From contig NC_068995.1 in assembly GCF_001194135.2 (NCBI RefSeq), positions 54,593,622-54,657,621 of the forward strand: a stretch of DNA of 64,000 bases, read 5' to 3'. Of the stretch, positions 27,246 to 38,240 are shown piece after piece. The notes beneath the pieces were generated by a model that was given only the letters and a program-made list of their open reading frames with translations, was not told the DNA's origin and did no database searches. The first letter of the stretch is position 1; the number at the start of each line of letters is the position of its first letter. The translations under genes were made by a program, and so were the position numbers. The DNA comes from Octopus bimaculoides (taxonomy: Eukaryota).

Positions 27246-29280
27246 NNNNNNNNNNNNNNNNNNNNNNNNNNNNNNNNNNNNNNNNNNNNNNNNNTATATA
27301 TATCTAGACACACAACACACAGATATATACTTACATATACTGCATATATAACATATGTACCTTGCCTGGTTTTCTGCTGCTTAAATCTATATTTATATGC
27401 TCCCCCCCCTCTCTCTCTCTCTCTCTCTCTTTCCTTCCCAGTCGCTGTCTCAGTCTCTCTCTGTCTCTGCCTCTCTCTTTCTATTGTATACATGTGATAT
27501 ATGTGGTTGGGTGCCTTTCAGCACTTCATAATTTATTCTATCATATCTATGTATACATATGTTAATACACACATACATACATACATACATACATACATAC
27601 ATACATACATACATACTTATGTGTGCTTGTATATATTATACGTAAGTCAGTATTTATGTTATGCATTTATATATTGTGCGTAGGTTATTATATCCAGAAT
27701 TTTAATTATTGGAAATATTTCATAATATAATATCGGCAAACTTTTAAATTAACAAAAGAATAATAAGAGATGAAATACAGAATTAAAATAGTGTGAGAAA
27801 ATTACTTGTCTCAGTTGGAGGTATAGGAGAAGTATTAAATGAACACTATCATTATTGGATGTGGACGAAACAAAAGATTCATGAAATAAAATGTTTTAAA
27901 GAGTTCCGAAACAAATGACTATCAACCAAACAGATACCAGTAATTATACTAACATCAGTAACACAATAACTAGTGTATCACTTTCATCCCGATATCATGA
28001 ATAGATATTAACACTCTATTAACATATTTTACGTAAGCGTTAAACTGAGAACGCCAAGTTCATAGAATTAAAATTTCAACAGATGTAGATGACGACGTTA
28101 CTGCAACCGTTTTCAAGACGGGCTGGAGGTAATTACAGCTATAATTTCCTACCTCTGGCACGGGACATTTGGTCTTAAATTTCATTCTTTCATATAGTTC
28201 GTTGAATGATGGAATATTCTCTTTACTTTTATTCATGAGTTAGTTGCCAATTCTATGGTACAAATAATGATATTGTTTTTGTTAGGAAGCGCCGTTATTT
28301 TCATTAATATTTTTTTTGCCCAATAACGTAAAAGATAGACAAGACATTGTCGCCAGGTATGCGATATTTTTAGTATATACTACATAGTAGACTGGGCAAC
28401 GTTCAGTTTAATTGTCGCTATTGATTCCGAAGATCTTAATGAATGCATAATAATTCAAATCACGATTTAAATAAGGCAATAGGGCCAAGAAATCAAGAAA
28501 AGAGGTACAGAGATGGATAGGTAGATAGATAGGGATATAGATGAATAAACGAAATCGCGACATTATGATTTATCCGCGTGTTTATCTATGTGAGATTTGA
28601 ATGACGAAATATATTCTATGTATGATGCTATTATCCAGCGATGCAAAATGAACAGCTGCACTCACACAGCCATAAGTATATATGCACGTCTGTTTGTCTG
28701 TCTGTCTGTCGGTATGTATGTGTGTATATATGTATATATGTATGTATGTATGAAGCTTTTGTTTGCAGTGTAAATAGTTCATCTCTCTATGCAAATTACA
28801 TGTGATTTACAGGCTTACCAGAAAATATCAACCGATAATATAGATCAATATATATATACAATTTACGTTGAAGTTAATACAGAATTGCTAACTGCCTTTA
28901 TATATTTTTTGCATGAAAATTAATTATTAGCCCGGCAAATTTATATTCATTTTAATCTCTCAAGTACCAGCATCACAGTTACAGAGATTTTGTTAAAAAG
29001 TAATGTCACTTCTATTGATTCTTAAGTTTAGAGCCTCGGTATTTTATTTATTAGATCTTTCAATTAATTGACAACAGTACAACAAAACACATAATACGAT
29101 ATGACCAACAATCTATAGGATTATTCAACGTGTGACTGTATTGATTTTTCTGCCAGCGATTTTGTCATATCTTAGAAAGAAGAAAGCAAATTATATCATC
29201 TCTTTTGTGTTAGTGCATATTTGCAAAAATTAACTTTACACATAGAAACGAAGAAAATCTCAAATCTCTAGTAAAAAATC

Positions 29281-29313
<33 letters not shown>

Positions 29314-29595
29314 TTTCTTTCTTTTTCTGTATTATTCTATGTATGCATGTGTGTATGTATGTATGTATGTATGTATCTATCTATCGAAACATCACCTATA
29401 ACTTCTAAAAAGTATACACACACACGTACATACATATATGTATGAGAGACGAAGATAGAAAGACAAGTTGTGCCATCGATCAATTCACTGATATACTAAT
29501 ATAGAAATAGAGAGAGAAAGAGAGAGAGAGGCAACTCCATGGATAGAGAAATAGACAAATAGAGTGATGGATTGAATTATTTGTTCTTCCCTAAC

Positions 29596-29626
<31 letters not shown>

Positions 29627-29627
<1 letters not shown>

Positions 29628-29831
29628 TCTCTTTTTCGTTTTTACTTGTTTTAGTCATTTGACTGCAGCCACAGTAGAGCACCACCTGTATGAGAAAAGA
29701 ATCGACCTCAGCACTCACTCTTTGTAAGCCTAGAATTTATTCTATCGGTCTCTTTTGCCGAATCGCTATCTTACATGGACGTAAACACAACATCAGTTGT
29801 CAAGCGATGGTGGAAGGACAAACGGAGGCAA

Positions 29832-29840
<9 letters not shown>
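29627..29840 (-). mobile_element. SINE family A 3' half
   Basis: tttacttgttttagtcatttgactgcagccacagtagagcaccacc...ctcttttgccgaatcgcta...gttgtcaagcgatggtgg, followed by (CA)n. Confidence 0.85.
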
Positions 29841-29863
<23 letters not shown>

Positions 29864-31539
29864 GTACAGACTCACTCGTACATATACGTGTATATATATA
29901 TATCTATCGCTAACTGGATTCATACACCACGCTATTGTCGTAGCTGAATTGCCAATTACAGTTTACATTACCACTTATAATGTAGTCCTTTTGATAATTA
30001 TCTGGTTTTGCACCAAATGTTTTCACACTAATTTGGATTTTTAGCGCGGTGGTAGAAAAATATCCCCTAATGTTTAGCTATACTCCAGTGTGGATAATGA
30101 TCTTTGTATGCACATCAGTAAACAGGTTTCTTCAAACGATAAGTAAAATTTTGTGGATGACCCACTGATATTCGAAGTTTTGTTGCGGTCAAAATCAGTA
30201 ATGTTAATTATTCTCCCTTCACTGTACCGACGAAGTACGAAACAAACTTTCTTCCACGGGTATTACGTGGAATCTAGAAATTTTGCAAATATAATTACAA
30301 GTATGATGCAACGTCTCTTTCTTGAAGTTATGAGATCCATTTCTGTTATGTGTTTGCGTAAAACTGTATACACCATAAAGTGGTGGCTTTGAAAGCTCAA
30401 AACCAGCAAAGCTAATGACATCGCTAATAAATCGCCTTCGATGAGGCTAGTCTGGCATCGTACGACAAAAAAGAAAATGTCCTTCCAAATCGGGGGTGCT
30501 CGTTTCATACCTGATATCTGCCATCGCTTTATCAACTTCTGATCATTTTTTTACTTATCTCAGGGAAGTGTTGATACGAGTTTCATGCTTAACTAAGTAT
30601 AGGAGGAACGTTTTAGCAAAAGCATCATATATGTATACCTTAGTGGAAAGTCTCAAGCCTTTGTCTGTGAGGACATGTTTCAGAAGCGTCTGAAATGCAA
30701 ATGAAAGCATCTTAAAAATACGGAGAGCTACCTAGTTTTACGTTTTTCTAGTATGTAAGATTCCTCATAAGATTCCTCATTGCTTAAAAACACCAGCTAA
30801 TATATAATAAATTCGTAGAATTCGTTGCTTCGCAATTCAGCTTCTAATGTGTAGAGATTATCTTCTGTTTTACATATAACAAATTGTCGGTTTCTGTGTG
30901 TATGTATACTTGATTGCATGGAAAATAGCTGAAATATTTAGGTATATTTAATACTTTTAACCTCGTTCAAAAGCACGCCGGCCATAAGAAGATCAGCGAT
31001 ATAGAACCATATTATCTGTAACAACGAGCATTTCATCTTAGACGATATTATATATTGTTGTCCCACTTTTTCAATCTGTGTCTTCGCTATCAAATTTACT
31101 GCATGCATCTGCCAATGTAGTGTACAAATTGGTGCCATAAATAATAATACAGTGTACCCCTATACGTTATGAGAAAGTTTGATGAAAAATTAATATTTCA
31201 TGTAAACAATACAACAGAAATGTCATATTTAGGATTACAATCTAATTTGTGTACGTATGTGTAAGAAGGAAAGTAGTTGCGAATTTAAATTCCATAATAG
31301 TTTCTTGAAATAAATATATATATGAAAATAATACATCCATGATGCTTGATTATACTATATCTGCAGATTTATCTTGAGTGTAATCGATAAATATGGGACC
31401 TGGATTGGAAGCAATTTTCGATTGGGGAACGGTTTATATATGTTACATAATTTTTTTTAGTATCAATTTGTAATGATCTCCCGAAGAGAGACAGATGTTA
31501 CGCGCATTGTAATTCACGTCCAACAATCTATCTCCATTA

Positions 31540-31579
<40 letters not shown>

Positions 31580-31697
31580 CACACGTATACCTATATTTAA
31601 ATACGTATAGTTGAAATTTATAGAAAAACAAAAGATAAAGACAGGTGTATGAACAACAAGCAAGTGTATTAGTTTGACGAACGGGAAAAATGAAAAA

Positions 31698-31736
31698 GTC
31701 GTTTACGTTCGAGCCTACGCTCTTCAACAGAAAGAA
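31698..31736 (-). ncRNA. Minimal hammerhead-like motif with variant core CUGUUGA, degenerate copy
   Basis: Minus strand reads tcttt-CTGTTGA-a-GAGC gtag GCTC-GAA-cgta-aacgac. Stem II is perfect; one A of GAAA is missing in this copy. Confidence 0.55.
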
Positions 31737-32361
31737 ATGACAGTAAATAAACAGTGAGCGTGTCGAATGATTAGGAAAAAGAATTCGAAAGAAAGGGAGA
31801 TAATAACAGTACTAGTGATCCCAACAAGAGAAGCTGCGCGTGCGAGTGTGCATGTGAGAATGGTGTGTGTGAGGGTGTAAATAAGTATATGTGAATAGGG
31901 GCGAGTGACTGACATGTGTGTGTGCGCGTGTGTGTAACGTTTATCTGTGTTTTGTTTGTAGCAGTTGATGTGTGCGTTTTGACGTGGTGTGTGTGTGTGT
32001 GTGTATGTGTGTGTGTGTGTCTGTGACCAAATACTGTGCATGTGTATGGTGAATGTATGTGAGCGAAAGTTATCCTTGATTCAGTATGCTGCGTTTGTGA
32101 ATGCGTGTTGTGTGTGTATGTATACATTGGCTTTGTTCAGGTGGTTGTGTGGGTATGAAAGAGTGAATGATGGTGTGGGTGTACTGAGTTAAACAGTGTG
32201 TGTGGCTAGTCATATAGTGGTATGTGCGATGAGGCTATTGAAGTTTATATGTGGGTGTGTAGATGATGTGGTGTAGTATGGGTGCTGAGAAGTGGTCAGT
32301 GCTAATGGGTGTAGAGTGGTGTGGGGTTGGTATCAAATTAAGGGAGGAGGTGTCGTTAGTG

Positions 32362-32930
32362 TCAGATGTAGAGAGAAGGTGAGTTGAGAGCATGCGGCGC
32401 AAAGGACCGAAGAGCGAAGATTAATTCGTGTTCTCGGCGAAGGCTAGGAGTCCGGATGGCCCCTGTGCAAATACAGTCCGAACACAGACAGATATGGTAA
32501 AGAATGACTGTTACACCAGAAATGGCCCGAGACCGGGGTGTCATTGCCGACTCTGATGTCTCGGAGGTTTCCCGCGAACCGGTCAGCCAAGCTGCGTCCC
32601 ATTTGACCGTTGTACAGGAAAGGAAAGATAGAGCAGGAGATACAGTAAACGACGCTACAAGAAGTGTTGTTAAAGGATTCGGTGATGTGATAGAGACGAT
32701 GATGCTGATGTAGAGATGTAGGGCAGATGCACCACCATTGGCGGGAGCACGGGAACGAGCCATGATGCAAGGCTGGTTTCAGTAAGAAAATACGGATCAG
32801 GAAGACGCACATGTTATGAACTAGTCTATAGGAGGAGGGAAGGATTACGTTGGGGAAAGTGTGCAAGGTGGAGGGGTCGGACTTGAGTCACCGAAAGCCT
32901 CGTAGGATGGTTTGTTGGTGGGGCACGGTG
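32362..32930 (-). pseudogene. Penelope-type GIY-YIG endonuclease domain remnant
   Basis: Translates as LKSDPSTLHTFPN...GSFPCSRQWWCICP (Cys-rich linker)...SCSVVYCISCSIFPFLYNGQMGRSLADRF...PVSGHF...HRGHPDS, then after a frameshift SLRREHELIFALRSFAPHALNSPSLYI*. VVY..YNG, the conserved Arg, Glu and C-terminal Asn fit the GIY-YIG pattern of Penelope/Poseidon PLEs. Confidence 0.87.
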
Positions 32931-33006
32931 GATGTCTATCTATCTATCTGTGTGTGTGTGTGTATGTNNNNNNNNNNTCTATCTATCTCTGTGTGTGTGT
33001 GTGTGT

Positions 33007-33045
<39 letters not shown>

Positions 33046-33047
<2 letters not shown>

Positions 33048-33133
33048 TTGACTCCAGTAACCACCTGGTACTTATTTTATCAACCCCGGAAAAGCTGAAA
33101 TATAATGTTAACGTCGGCAGAATTTGAACTCAG
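33046..33133 (-). mobile_element. SINE family C fragment (Deu/Nin-like central domain)
   Basis: ctggtacttattttatcaaccccggaaaagctgaaa...cggcagaatttgaactcag is homologous to 52098-52215 and 62085-62184. Confidence 0.7.
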
Positions 33134-33835
33134 TGTAGCATTTTCCCCACTCTGCATAAAATGGCACTCACACATACACACACTCACACACAAACACATA
33201 CATATATATTATATATATGTGCGTGTGTGTATGTGTTTGCATATATATATATATATATATATATACATATTCCCGCATGTGTATGCTTTTGTGTTTCTGT
33301 GAGACAAAAGAAAAGTGAGATGTGTTCACATAATGAATGTGCTCCACTGTTTTATATACCGTAGATATACAATAAATAATTCCTTGAGCATATATAAAAT
33401 TTTATACTCGTAAAGTGCAAAGTTGTAATCGATAGGAAAAAATGCTTTTCATTTCTGCCATAGGCGATTCAAACTATTGTTTAAAAAATAGTTCTTTATA
33501 TTCATATTCATGTTATAGAAACAAGTAAATATTTCACTAGGACTGGAATGAAACAAGTAAATATAAAAGAAACATTATGTTATCTAAATTAATACTTTCA
33601 TAATGGATTGTGTATAGAAACTGAGAAAAAAGACAGTAGTTGATTATAAAGTAGGAATATGGGAAATAATGAACATTGCTGTACTATAATGATTTTTCGT
33701 ATTTCTTTAAACATGCAGGAAATTAGTTTCATGAAAATGCACTGCAGAGAAAGAAAAACTTCAAGGTGAATGGGTATTCTTATAGTTGTATATACGTGAG
33801 CATGCATATGTGCACACTCACACGNNNNNNNNNNG

Positions 33836-33872
<37 letters not shown>

Positions 33873-34306
33873 ACACACACACACACACACACACGCAAAT
33901 ACAAGCACGCATATATAATTGTGTGCGCATACATAGAGTAAAAGTGAGAGATAGAAAAGTGCTTATATATAAATATCGTTATTTATATATTAATATCTTC
34001 ATTTCTCTTCATGTATAAGAGAAACGTTTTTTTAAATATTGCGGATATATGTAGAAACAGTTTTCTTAAATATGCTGTATTCGGAAAAGCGATCTCTTTG
34101 AGAATGATTCGTGGTCGAAAATATTTATGTCATTCTAAAAGACATTCATAATCCCTTGTACGTAAATAACGAAGTTGTGTCGCGTTATCTATTTTCTGAG
34201 TGTATTCTTTTCATTATTGTTTTAATAAAATATTAGTAATGAATATTCATCTACGGGAGCTTATATTTCATTTTAAAATATTGCACCGTTTAATTTTTAG
34301 AATTAC

Positions 34307-34321
34307 TTGCTCTATGAATAC
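34307..34321. repeat. Left target-site duplication (ttgctctatgaatac)
   Basis: Identical 15-mer at 34711-34725 on the other side of the element. The last 3 nt overlap the element terminus tacagttc. Confidence 0.85.
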
Positions 34322-34400
34322 AGTTCTATATTTAAGAGATGAGGAATTATGTACATTATTTACAATTGACGGATATTTCGCCTCATCTTATTTGTTGTTA

Positions 34401-34445
34401 AAGCAACGTTTAGGCTGATACACCCTCCAGCCTTCATCAGAGGTT
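34401..34445 (-). ncRNA. Minimal type I hammerhead-like motif, left arm, degenerate
   Basis: Minus strand: CTGATGA-a-GGCTG gagggtgtat CAGCC-TAAA-CGTT. Stem II and the palindrome AACGTT are intact, G of GAAA is mutated to T, and stem I is damaged. Confidence 0.55.
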
Positions 34446-34518
34446 CTCATTCCTAAGGTATTTTTCAATGTTGTTGTTATTATTATTATTATTATTATTA
34501 ATAATATTATTAAATTAT

Positions 34519-34581
34519 GGAATCGAACTCAGAATCTTGGGGTTAGTAGCCCGCGCTCTTAACCACTACGCCATATGCCCG
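34519..34581 (-). promoter_or_regulatory. tRNA-derived internal Pol III promoter (A and B boxes); not a functional tRNA
   Basis: Minus strand: A box TGGCGTAGTGG, loop GGG-CTACTAA-CCC, B box GAGTTCGATTCC. No complete acceptor stem. Confidence 0.8.
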
Positions 34582-34611
34582 ATGTTATTATAATAATACC
34601 TTAGGAATGAG

Positions 34612-34656
34612 AACACCTGATGAAGGATGGAGAGTATATCAGCCGAAAGTTGTGTT
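34612..34656 (+). ncRNA. Minimal type I hammerhead-like motif, right arm, degenerate
   Basis: AACAC-CTGATGA(34617-34623)-a-GGATG...CAGCC-GAAA(34645-34648)-GTT-GTGTT. Stem I AACAC/GTGTT is perfect, stem II has one mismatch, and the C after GAAA is lost. Confidence 0.6.
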
Positions 34657-34710
34657 AACAACAAACAAAACTGAGCACAAATATCCGTCAATTATAAATA
34701 ATGTAAATGA

Positions 34711-34725
34711 TTGCTCTATGAATAC
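34711..34725. repeat. Right target-site duplication (ttgctctatgaatac)
   Basis: Identical to 34307-34321. Confidence 0.85.
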
Positions 34726-35865
34726 CTGAAGTTTTAAAATTTGATATTATCAACGTCTTTAATGAATACATTCAGTTAGAAATTAATTACATCATATTTT
34801 CAACAACTATTCATAGTATCACTGGAAATAATACCCTTTTTAATTTCCCACGTATTTTACCGATATAATGACGATTTTAAAATATATCTTTAAAAGACAA
34901 ACACTAATTATTAAATACCGATGTATATCATAGGGAAATATGAATCACTGATTTACAATATCAGTGCAACAATATATTCTAAATGGATTGGCATCGAAAT
35001 CCCACGAGATCGTCTCGTCAAATAAACCTAAATCACTTTTTATTACATATACTGCTGTTATCTTATATTTTATATATCATTCAATTGCGTTACATGTAGT
35101 CAGTAATCATTGATAACAAGTCTCTTAGAGTTTAAGTAAATATATTTTACATCAAAAATTCTTTCGTGCATTGTGTCTTATTCATGCGACCGCAAAAAGA
35201 ACGCATTCGCAACCATTAGTTGTATATCTCAATTCCCTAGCCCAACATCACATGTGACGTACGCATCGTACAGCTGATTAACTTTTAGCATATTAGAAAA
35301 TTAATTTATAATTTTATTTATAAAATATCTATTTCAAATGGTTCAGGTACATGTGGGCTCGGCGTATATGATTATGTCACTCAAAACTCGCACAAACACA
35401 CCGACCCCTCCCCCCAAATAATTATATATGCGGTATGGTCATACAATATAAAGTCTAGGAATACACCAGCAGCTAAAGCCATTGTGTTTGTAATATAATT
35501 TTTATTTTTATCATTTGCATTGTAAGTAGAAACTCTATGGAATTAATCTTTATCTTTTCATCATATTTTATTCATGGTTATATTTATACTGTTTCGGAAC
35601 AAAGGTTTTAGTTTGTATTGTCTTATATTATATAAAGGAAGATATAGCAAGATCTAGCAAAAGGACAAAAATTCACTCGCCAAACAACAGATTTGTGAGT
35701 GGTCACATAACATTTCAGAAAGTAATGTTCTACTATCTGTTTAAGAAATCGTATCTCCCGGAAGGTACTTTTATGTAAGATAATTGATATACATACACGC
35801 ATACACATTAACACATACATACACATATACACAAACACACACATATGTGTATGTATATATATATA

Positions 35866-35882
35866 AGATCGGAAGAGCGTCG
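35866..35882 (+). other. Illumina TruSeq adapter remnant (assembly contamination)
   Basis: AGATCGGAAGAGCGTCG is an exact match to the start of the standard adapter read-through AGATCGGAAGAGCGTCGTGT and abuts an N-gap. Confidence 0.95.
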
Positions 35883-37093
35883 NNNNNNNNNNNNNNNNNN
35901 NNNNNNNNNNNNNNNNNNNNNNNNNNNNNNNNNNNNNNNNNNNNNNNNNNNNNNNNNNNNNNNNNNNNNNNNNNNNNNNNNNNNNNNNNNNNNNNNNNNN
36001 NNNNNNNNNNNNNNNNNNNNNNNNNNNNNNNNNNNNNNNNNNNNNNNNNNNNNNNNNNNNNNNNNNNNNNNNNNNNNNNNNNNNNNNNNNNNNNNNNNNN
36101 NNNNNNNNNNNNNNNNNNNNNNNNNNNNNNNNNNNNNNNNNNNNNNNNNNNNNNNNNNNNNNNNNNNNNNNNNNNNNNNNNNNNNNNNNNNNNNNNNNNN
36201 NNNNNNNTACATACTTATACACCTAGGCGCATACATTGAACAGTTAATGTCTGCTATTTGATATGGAATTCGCGTAATGCTGAAACGTTGTAATAATTCC
36301 CTTCATACTCTACAAGAATAAATTTTCTTCTCTTCTCAAAGGTTTTTAATATATTCAGTGTAATTTTCTTCCATTTATTTTCCTTTTTCTTAAATCTCCA
36401 TGTATGTTTTATTGATTTTTCTCTATGTCGTAGTTCAGCAGGTGTTTCAAATAAGGCCTACAATACATAGGAAGAGTTGCTTTCTTTTAACGGATATTTT
36501 TTCTTATTTTCCTTGTTACTGTTTCATTGGTTATATACCTCTCCCCGAAAATAATAAACGCGAAAAACATATTTCTACTTTGCTACTCGAGAGAATCAAT
36601 GAATTGCATTTGCAACAATATTTAATTGATTTTACTACCTTCTTTCAATTTCCTATGCTACTTTGCAAGCATTATCTCTTTCTTTCTATTTTAATGCTCT
36701 GGTCGCTGACGAAAAATCTTAGAGAATTGTCTCACGTATTTTTTTTTTTTTACCTAAATTGTAGTCCAGGTATATGCTGTTTAAATAACATTTCCGATAC
36801 TCGAACATTAAAAAGGAAAAAAAAATATATTAATTTGTAAATTCGATATATCTTGATATTTTCTCAAGATGCTCATTGAGAAATAGAGAAATGTACACGG
36901 ATACATACCGAGGCCCATATAAACACGCACACACACACGTGTATATAAGAATGTGCGCCTCATTATACATACGTCCATGTATATGAGTATATGTACAAAT
37001 ATATGTATGTATGTATGTATGTATATAAATATATATATTTGTTTTTGAGTATGTATATATACTACATGCATATGTTCTCACAGGCACGAACGG

Positions 37094-37167
<74 letters not shown>

Positions 37168-38100
37168 ATATATAAATAAATATTCCTATGTGTGTGCGTG
37201 TGCGTGTGTGCGAGAGCGTATGCTCGCGCGTGTGTTTGTAGTAGCAGCAACACTATGTTCATGTGCTAGTTCTATCCCTGACATGGACAAACATTTTCTA
37301 AGTAACAAAAATATGATCATATTTATTTTTTTTATCAATGTTGTATTTATTTGATTCAGATGTTTAAAGTTTGTTCGCTGCGTGTCTGTTTTTATGGGGG
37401 TGACACTTGCAATAATACAGTCTTTTGTTTTGTTGAAAAGAGCCGTCATAAATGAATTTAATGAAGCGTGACGGTAAATGATTTCTGTTGTTGAGTGTGG
37501 AAATATAATTATTTGTAACATAAACACGGCATCAAATGTTACGATGAACCTTTTGTTTAGATTACAAAACTACAATATTTGAACGTTCCTTAATTCCTCC
37601 GATTTATTGAAAGAGTGAAAGAAAACTTGACCTCGGTATTATTTATAGTATGAAGTCTAAATAGGTAATTCAAATACTGCAAGTCGTTTCGTACGGCACT
37701 CTGAAGTTCCTGTAAATATGTGATCGGATGTGGCAATTGAAAAGCATAGCTATTTCCCATATGAGGTTAATTGGTGTCTGAAAGTTGTTATTGATTATAC
37801 ATCAGGTCGTCGTAACGAATAATTAGTCATGATCGAGACAATAGCAATAATCAATAAGAAGATTTAAGGATCTTGTATTAATTAGTTGATTCAAGATTCT
37901 GTCTAGCGTGGAACGTGGTGTTATCTGTTCAGATGATAAATAAGAGTGCATGTTTATAACATTTTTGCATGTGTGTAGGTGTGCGCATGTGATTGGGCAT
38001 TCAGAACATGTATACGACGAATTTTTACTTTTATATATTACTAAAAACTATTGGTCACCAATCAAAACATGTTAATATATATTTCCAAAGACATCAGGCA

Positions 38101-38240
38101 TAGCAGCATTTCCTCCGTCTTTACGTTCTCATTTCAAATTCCGCCGATATAGACTATCGGTTAAGTACGAGCTCAACACTGGGATAAATCTAAACGATTT
38201 ACCGCATCCCCGAAATTACTGGCCTTCTGCCAACATTTTA
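38101..38240 (+). mobile_element. SINE family C, internally deleted
   Basis: gtctttacgttctcatttcaaattccgccga...ttaagtacgag is the reverse complement of segments of the 62085-62184 and 52098-52215 copies. Confidence 0.65.

Larger units (their letters stand above)
31608..32930 (-). mobile_element. 5'-truncated Penelope-like retroelement: linker + GIY-YIG, CA-rich 3' region, terminal repeat with hammerhead-like motif
   Basis: GIY-YIG remnant at 32362-32930, a low-complexity region at ~31760-32360, and an end segment (31608-31760) with an independent homologue at 48198-48345. Confidence 0.82.
34322..34710 (-). mobile_element. tRNA-headed, hammerhead-tailed SINE-like element with inverted tail duplication (copy 1)
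   Basis: On the minus strand: tRNA-like head 34581-34519, (AAT)n spacer, tail 34462-34319. An inverted copy of the tail lies at 34595-34704. A 15-bp TSD flanks the whole, and a homologue is at 62441-62778. Confidence 0.85.

Noticed and set aside
30757-30781. 12-bp tandem duplication taagattcctca x2
   Set aside because: Simple slippage duplication with no associated element.
32504-32763. ORFs 32504-32713 (+) and the N-terminal part of 32362-32763 (-)
   Set aside because: Shadow or alternative frames of the PLE GIY-YIG remnant.
34519-34581. tRNA gene with ACT anticodon
   Set aside because: No complete acceptor stem, only a 3-bp anticodon stem, and embedded in a repeated element; it is a SINE head.
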